From: Armatimonadota bacterium
GTDB taxonomy: Bacteria; Armatimonadota; Fimbriimonadia; Fimbriimonadales; GBS-DC
DNA length: 64,000 bases
Reading direction: 5' to 3'
Assembly: GCA_037445735.1 (NCBI GenBank)
Contig: JBBIJY010000013.1
Span: 1 to 64,000 of the forward strand
Shown piece after piece: positions 60,020 through 64,000 of this stretch. Under the pieces are notes generated by a model that was not told the origin of the DNA, did not search any database, and saw nothing but the letters and a program-made list of their open reading frames with translations. Position 1 is the first letter of the stretch. Each line of letters begins with the position of its first letter. The translations under genes were made by a program, and so were the position numbers.

Positions 60020-60153
60020 TTACAAATCAGTGGGCGCGGCGGGTCAGGGAGCGGGGAACAGGCACAGCGGGCGACTCGCTGCCTCTGAAGAAGTCGCGGA
60101 AGGTGGTCTGGATGAGATTGGTCAGCATCCGTTTGCGCAACTCGTGCCCCCTA

Positions 60154-62454
60154 TTACGGCGTTTGTGTGGGAACAACCCATTCGAAATCGCCATTCAGCT
60201 GTTCGAAAGGCACCTCGTGCTTGGGCATCAGATACCATTTTAAACGCCAGCGCGAGCGACTGCTCCGTTCATCTTTTTCACCGCCCTCCTGTGGGGCTGT
60301 GTGCTGAAGCGGTTCGATGCGGATTCGCTGGCGAGCGAGCCAGTTCGCGAAGTCGGGATGGAACACAGCAGCCGTCTTCCACGACACCTCTGCGGTCGCT
60401 TCCTGCCAGACCTGAACCACCTGCCGAAGGGCTTGCGGCGACCATCGGTCAAACAGTACATAACCACCTGCCTGCAGAGTCTGCATGAACAGCGGCAGTC
60501 GCGACACGGCAGTGTAAAGATGCCAGAAGGCAGGTAGCTCGTTGAAGTCGTTTGAACCCGTCAGGTCCAGGGGTGTCCAGACACCCAGCTTCGCCAGCCA
60601 TCGAACCTGTCGGGGCGAAACCGCCTGACAGAAGGCGATGCAGGCGTCGAGAGGGAACTTTTCGGCAGCTGCTGATGCGGTACACGCCAGCGCCAGCAAC
60701 TGAGCCGCAGGATAGTCATACCCCCGATCCAGGAACGCCATCCCGCAGGGGATTATCAGCACACCATTTTCCAGCCGCAGCTGCAAGAGAGCCTCCAGCG
60801 AATACGCCTTCCGATAGGCTTCTACAAGCTGGGCTAACGAAACCCAACGAGGAGATTGCTCAATCCAGATCAGATCCCGGCAGGGTAGCAGCTCCATAAT
60901 CACCTCTGCCTGAACTGCTTTCGCCCACCGATAGACCCACTCAAACCAGCGTCTGTAGCTCCTGCCATCCAGCTGCACGCCCTGTTTCGCCAGTGGGGAT
61001 TGAATCGCACGCTCAGTCTCGGCTCGCAGCTGGCTGAGCAGCTCGCTGGCATCCTTGCCCAGTGAAGCCAGCAGACGAGCGAACCGCTCGCGATTGTACC
61101 GAGTCCCAAGATAATAACTGGCATCCACTCTGCGCTGATGGGCGGGATGAGCCATGACCCCGATCCCTGCAAGCCCCCAATAAGGATGCCAGTTGATCCC
61201 GTAGATCAGTGCCCATTCCTCTGGTCGAACCTGTTGCTCTTCAGCACGGTCGCTCTGCCAGAACCATGGGGCATCATTTTCAACCATCCACGCGCGAAGG
61301 GCTGGATCCGGGATCAGATCGGGCAGCATGATGAGACGCACCGCTCGCCCCTGCTCAAAAGCCTCCTCTACAAGCGCACGAAGCATCCCGCGGTTCGCCA
61401 AGCACTGCAGCAAAAGCTTTTGCAGATAGCTCTGCTTGTAATAGTGGTACCTCACGGACAGCGAGCGCAGCGCCATTTTGAACCGAAGCTCCTCATCGGC
61501 TGGCAGATTGTTCCGTTCAGCGTCGGACAGCGACGGCTCATAGATAGTCGTTCGATACTCATCCAGCCGACGCAAAAGCGCGGCGCTAACATCGGCTCGA
61601 CGCAGGGGGAGTGCCTCCAGCATTGCCTGTGAACCTGATCCGTCATTACCATAGCTGTTACTATTTTCATATTCCCACTTAGAAATGCGAGCATACAGGC
61701 GTCCCAGCTCCAGCAGCTGCTCTGGCGGAAGGGAACGGAGAAAAATATCCGATTGATGCTCCGGCACATAAACAGCGACCACTAAAATCTGCATTTTTGC
61801 CTGCAGGGCAGCGTCCGAGGGCCACCACTCGCTATCCTCTCGTTTGATCGCCTCAGCAATCTTCTGTCCCCATGCCTGTATCTTTTGCCGTGTCGCCTCG
61901 CTTACATCGGAGAGCTGAAAGGGGATTGTTCGCAGAAGCTCTTCTGGGCTGAGGTCGCTCGGGAAGTTTTCGATGTTTTCCCGGGACCACTGTTTGAGGC
62001 GTCGAGCCTGCGCGGTTAACTCCTGAATCTCTTCAGGTGTCAGGGTGCTTATCAGCGTGTCCAGCAGGTCTTCAGGGCGCCCCTGCTCGATGGCTGTCTC
62101 TGCCTCCTGGATAAGGAAGTTTTTCAGGTTCTGTTGCCACCGCTTTTCACGAGCCTGCACCGTCGGGTCTCTTTCCATCACCCAGCGATTCTCCCCGATC
62201 TTGCGAAAGCGCACATCCAGCCCCTGAGCGATGAGTTTTTGCGCTTCACTCCATGCACGCGGTTTGAGATGGAGCAGGGCAACTCGCTGGCGCAAGTCGG
62301 AAGTGCATTCGACCCTGCGTCTACCCACCGAGAAGCCCTCTGCGATTTGCGGGAACGAGTACCAGCCCAGCGGGAAAGCCACCTGAGGCTCCAGCGCCCA
62401 CAGCGTGCCCGTCAGCCCGATAAAAATCAGCCACCCGATGGTTCGGCACCCCAT
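60154..62454 (-). CDS. Exported hypothetical protein
   Basis: 766-aa ORF with signal peptide (..LWA/LE); no recognisable catalytic motif. Confidence 0.75.
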   Translation of the reverse strand: MGCRTIGWLIFIGLTGTLWALEPQVAFPLGWYSFPQIAEGFSVGRRRVECTSDLRQRVALLHLKPRAWSEAQKLIAQGLDVRFRKIGENRWVMERDPTVQAREKRWQQNLKNFLIQEAETAIEQGRPEDLLDTLISTLTPEEIQELTAQARRLKQWSRENIENFPSDLSPEELLRTIPFQLSDVSEATRQKIQAWGQKIAEAIKREDSEWWPSDAALQAKMQILVVAVYVPEHQSDIFLRSLPPEQLLELGRLYARISKWEYENSNSYGNDGSGSQAMLEALPLRRADVSAALLRRLDEYRTTIYEPSLSDAERNNLPADEELRFKMALRSLSVRYHYYKQSYLQKLLLQCLANRGMLRALVEEAFEQGRAVRLIMLPDLIPDPALRAWMVENDAPWFWQSDRAEEQQVRPEEWALIYGINWHPYWGLAGIGVMAHPAHQRRVDASYYLGTRYNRERFARLLASLGKDASELLSQLRAETERAIQSPLAKQGVQLDGRSYRRWFEWVYRWAKAVQAEVIMELLPCRDLIWIEQSPRWVSLAQLVEAYRKAYSLEALLQLRLENGVLIIPCGMAFLDRGYDYPAAQLLALACTASAAAEKFPLDACIAFCQAVSPRQVRWLAKLGVWTPLDLTGSNDFNELPAFWHLYTAVSRLPLFMQTLQAGGYVLFDRWSPQALRQVVQVWQEATAEVSWKTAAVFHPDFANWLARQRIRIEPLQHTAPQEGGEKDERSSRSRWRLKWYLMPKHEVPFEQLNGDFEWVVPTQTP

Positions 62455-62702
62455 CGCTGCTCACCCGCTGGTTATTCTACCTGACTGTCGCCTGCGCCTG
62501 TTGCATTTCAGAACTCTATCGGTCGGCGCCTCAAGCCACCAGCAGGAATCGCATAACCCAAAGGCGTATTCTCTATTATACAGGAGGACAACGATGTCTC
62601 TGCGCAGATTATCGAGCATCGCTGTGGCTGGTAACCTATCTCGATATAGGGCGCGATGCCCCCAGTCAGTGAACCAATCCAGCACGCGCGGGGGGGGGCA
62701 CC

Positions 62703-63197
62703 ATGAAAACTGTCAAGGTGTTTGTCTGGGCACGCCATCCCTCCATCGAGACCCGCCTGCGCGAGCGCTTGCGCACGCTATCGGCGCTGAGCCTGATTGA
62801 GAAAGCTGGTCCTTTGAACAACCTGGCGCCTGACAACGATTCTGACAGCCCACAACCCCTCCAGGTCATTCTGCTAACACGCGATCCACTTGTAGAAGCC
62901 TATTTGCGTCATCAATTGCGCACTCTGCCTGACCTGACCTGCACCTGCGTAAGCTGTCAGGAGGAGCATCCTGATGCAGTGATTATAGATAGCCAGTTGC
63001 TGACACCGAGTGAGCAGCGCGTTCTGCAAGCCTGTGCGAAGTATGACCGTCTTTCAGAGGTTGCCGCAGAGTCGTGCCTGACCGAAGCAACGGTCAAAAA
63101 GCACCTGTGCCACATTTACACCAAGTTAGGGCGGCACAGTCTGCATCGGGCGCTGCTGTGTGCGATTCGGTGGGGATTGATAGAGGTGCCTGATTAG
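62703..63197 (+). CDS. LuxR-type HTH transcriptional regulator
   Basis: LTPSEQRVL......LSEVA....LTEATVKKHL.HIYTKLG C-terminal HTH. Confidence 0.8.
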   Translation: MKTVKVFVWARHPSIETRLRERLRTLSALSLIEKAGPLNNLAPDNDSDSPQPLQVILLTRDPLVEAYLRHQLRTLPDLTCTCVSCQEEHPDAVIIDSQLLTPSEQRVLQACAKYDRLSEVAAESCLTEATVKKHLCHIYTKLGRHSLHRALLCAIRWGLIEVPD

Positions 63198-63295
63198 CAA
63201 TTTCTCCAGAAGTAGAAGGAAAAAGTTTCGCCCATAGGGGGTTGAAATGGGGTTCAGGGATGGAGTAAGCTACAGAGACAGAAAAGGTACGAGCA

Positions 63296-63769
63296 ATGGC
63301 GACCTTGAGCCGAACGGAGATGACCGAAGGCACACACCGCCGCGGATGGTGGGTAGAGCTGTTGCTGGGTGCAGCTCTGATGTGGCTGGCACTGATTGCC
63401 TATGCCGAGTGGCGCAGCGAAGGGCGCTACCTGTGGCTTTTTGGGGCGACTTACGAGGCGGGCAAAGTGCGTGCTGGGTCAACAATCCACCATCGTGTGT
63501 GGGTGTTCAACCCGACGCTGCGCTCGTTGCAGCTAGATACGGAGCCGAGTTGTGGTTGCACCGTGGTCGAGGGCGGTTCCCGCGCGCTGGGCAGGCTGTG
63601 GGGTTTGCCGTTGACCGTTGCGGTGGACACGACAGGCAAGCCGTTGGGTCGGCAGGTGCAGCGGGTAGATCTGATTGTGCGTGATCAGGAACGCGGTGTG
63701 AGCTGGCGGGAGCGGATAGAGGTGCGGTTTGAGGTGGTTGGCTCGGCTTCTTCGGCAAAACCACACTGA
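63296..63769 (+). CDS. DUF1573-like Ig-fold membrane-anchored protein
   Basis: TM segment, FNPT...L.....PSCGCT motif, L.V.VDT.GK..G. Confidence 0.75.
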   Translation: MATLSRTEMTEGTHRRGWWVELLLGAALMWLALIAYAEWRSEGRYLWLFGATYEAGKVRAGSTIHHRVWVFNPTLRSLQLDTEPSCGCTVVEGGSRALGRLWGLPLTVAVDTTGKPLGRQVQRVDLIVRDQERGVSWRERIEVRFEVVGSASSAKPH

Positions 63770-63785
63770 CAGGAGGGACAGAGCG

Positions 63786-64000
63786 ATGCGACGGACAGAG
63801 CGTGGTGTGATGCTGATACGCGCACTGCTGCTGACAGGCAGCTTGGCATTTGTTATGATGCTGACAATCCAGTCGAGCTGGGCGCTTAGTTCTGGTTGTG
63901 GTTGGTGCTTTACTCAACGTGTGCGAATGTGTGATGAATCGGTATGTGGTCCATATCCTGCCTGCATGGGTTCCTGCGAGTGTGAAGAGTGGAACTTTCG
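63786..64000 (+). CDS. Secreted Cys-rich small protein, truncated by window edge
   Basis: AGGAGG SD; my translation is MRRTERGVMLIRALLLTGSLAFVMMLTIQSSWA-LSSGCGWCFTQRVRMCDESVCGPYPACMGSCECEEWNF, open to the end; absent from the ORF track. Confidence 0.7.
   Translation, partial: MRRTERGVMLIRALLLTGSLAFVMMLTIQSSWALSSGCGWCFTQRVRMCDESVCGPYPACMGSCECEEWNF

Overview
GC-rich bacterial chromosome segment. The gene content suggests a thermophilic Armatimonadota (inference from the PEP-CTERM protein, DUF1559 pilin-like protein, recurrent [15 protein letters not shown] dockerin-like tails and Thermus-like XylA). It is mostly housekeeping genes (nadE, apbE, glmS, rplI, pyrB, purH, xylA, glnD, rnj, trmFO, ugd, lpdA, gyrB, tRNA-Arg, tRNA-Leu) mixed with secreted proteins, three toxin-antitoxin pairs and many palindromic repeats. 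There are no cas genes, integrases or transposases. The most notable non-obvious signals are: (1) a solitary 30-nt CRISPR-type repeat with its own sigma70 promoter, forming the 5' UTR of the mce-rplI-glmS run; (2) a promoter-to-terminator candidate sRNA sharing an exact 21-mer with the 3' UTR of a dockerin-tail gene; (3) four unrelated secreted proteins sharing a dockerin-like C-terminal module, Cys-flanked in three; (4) a 168-bp MITE with TIRs and a 10-bp TSD carrying REP hairpins, which also sit in frame inside apbE; (5) a TA module bracketed by a 52-bp duplication of a gene's 3' end; (6) many GG-TAYAMT -10 boxes 6-10 nt before start codons, suggesting leaderless transcripts. All family assignments come from motif recognition, not database searches.
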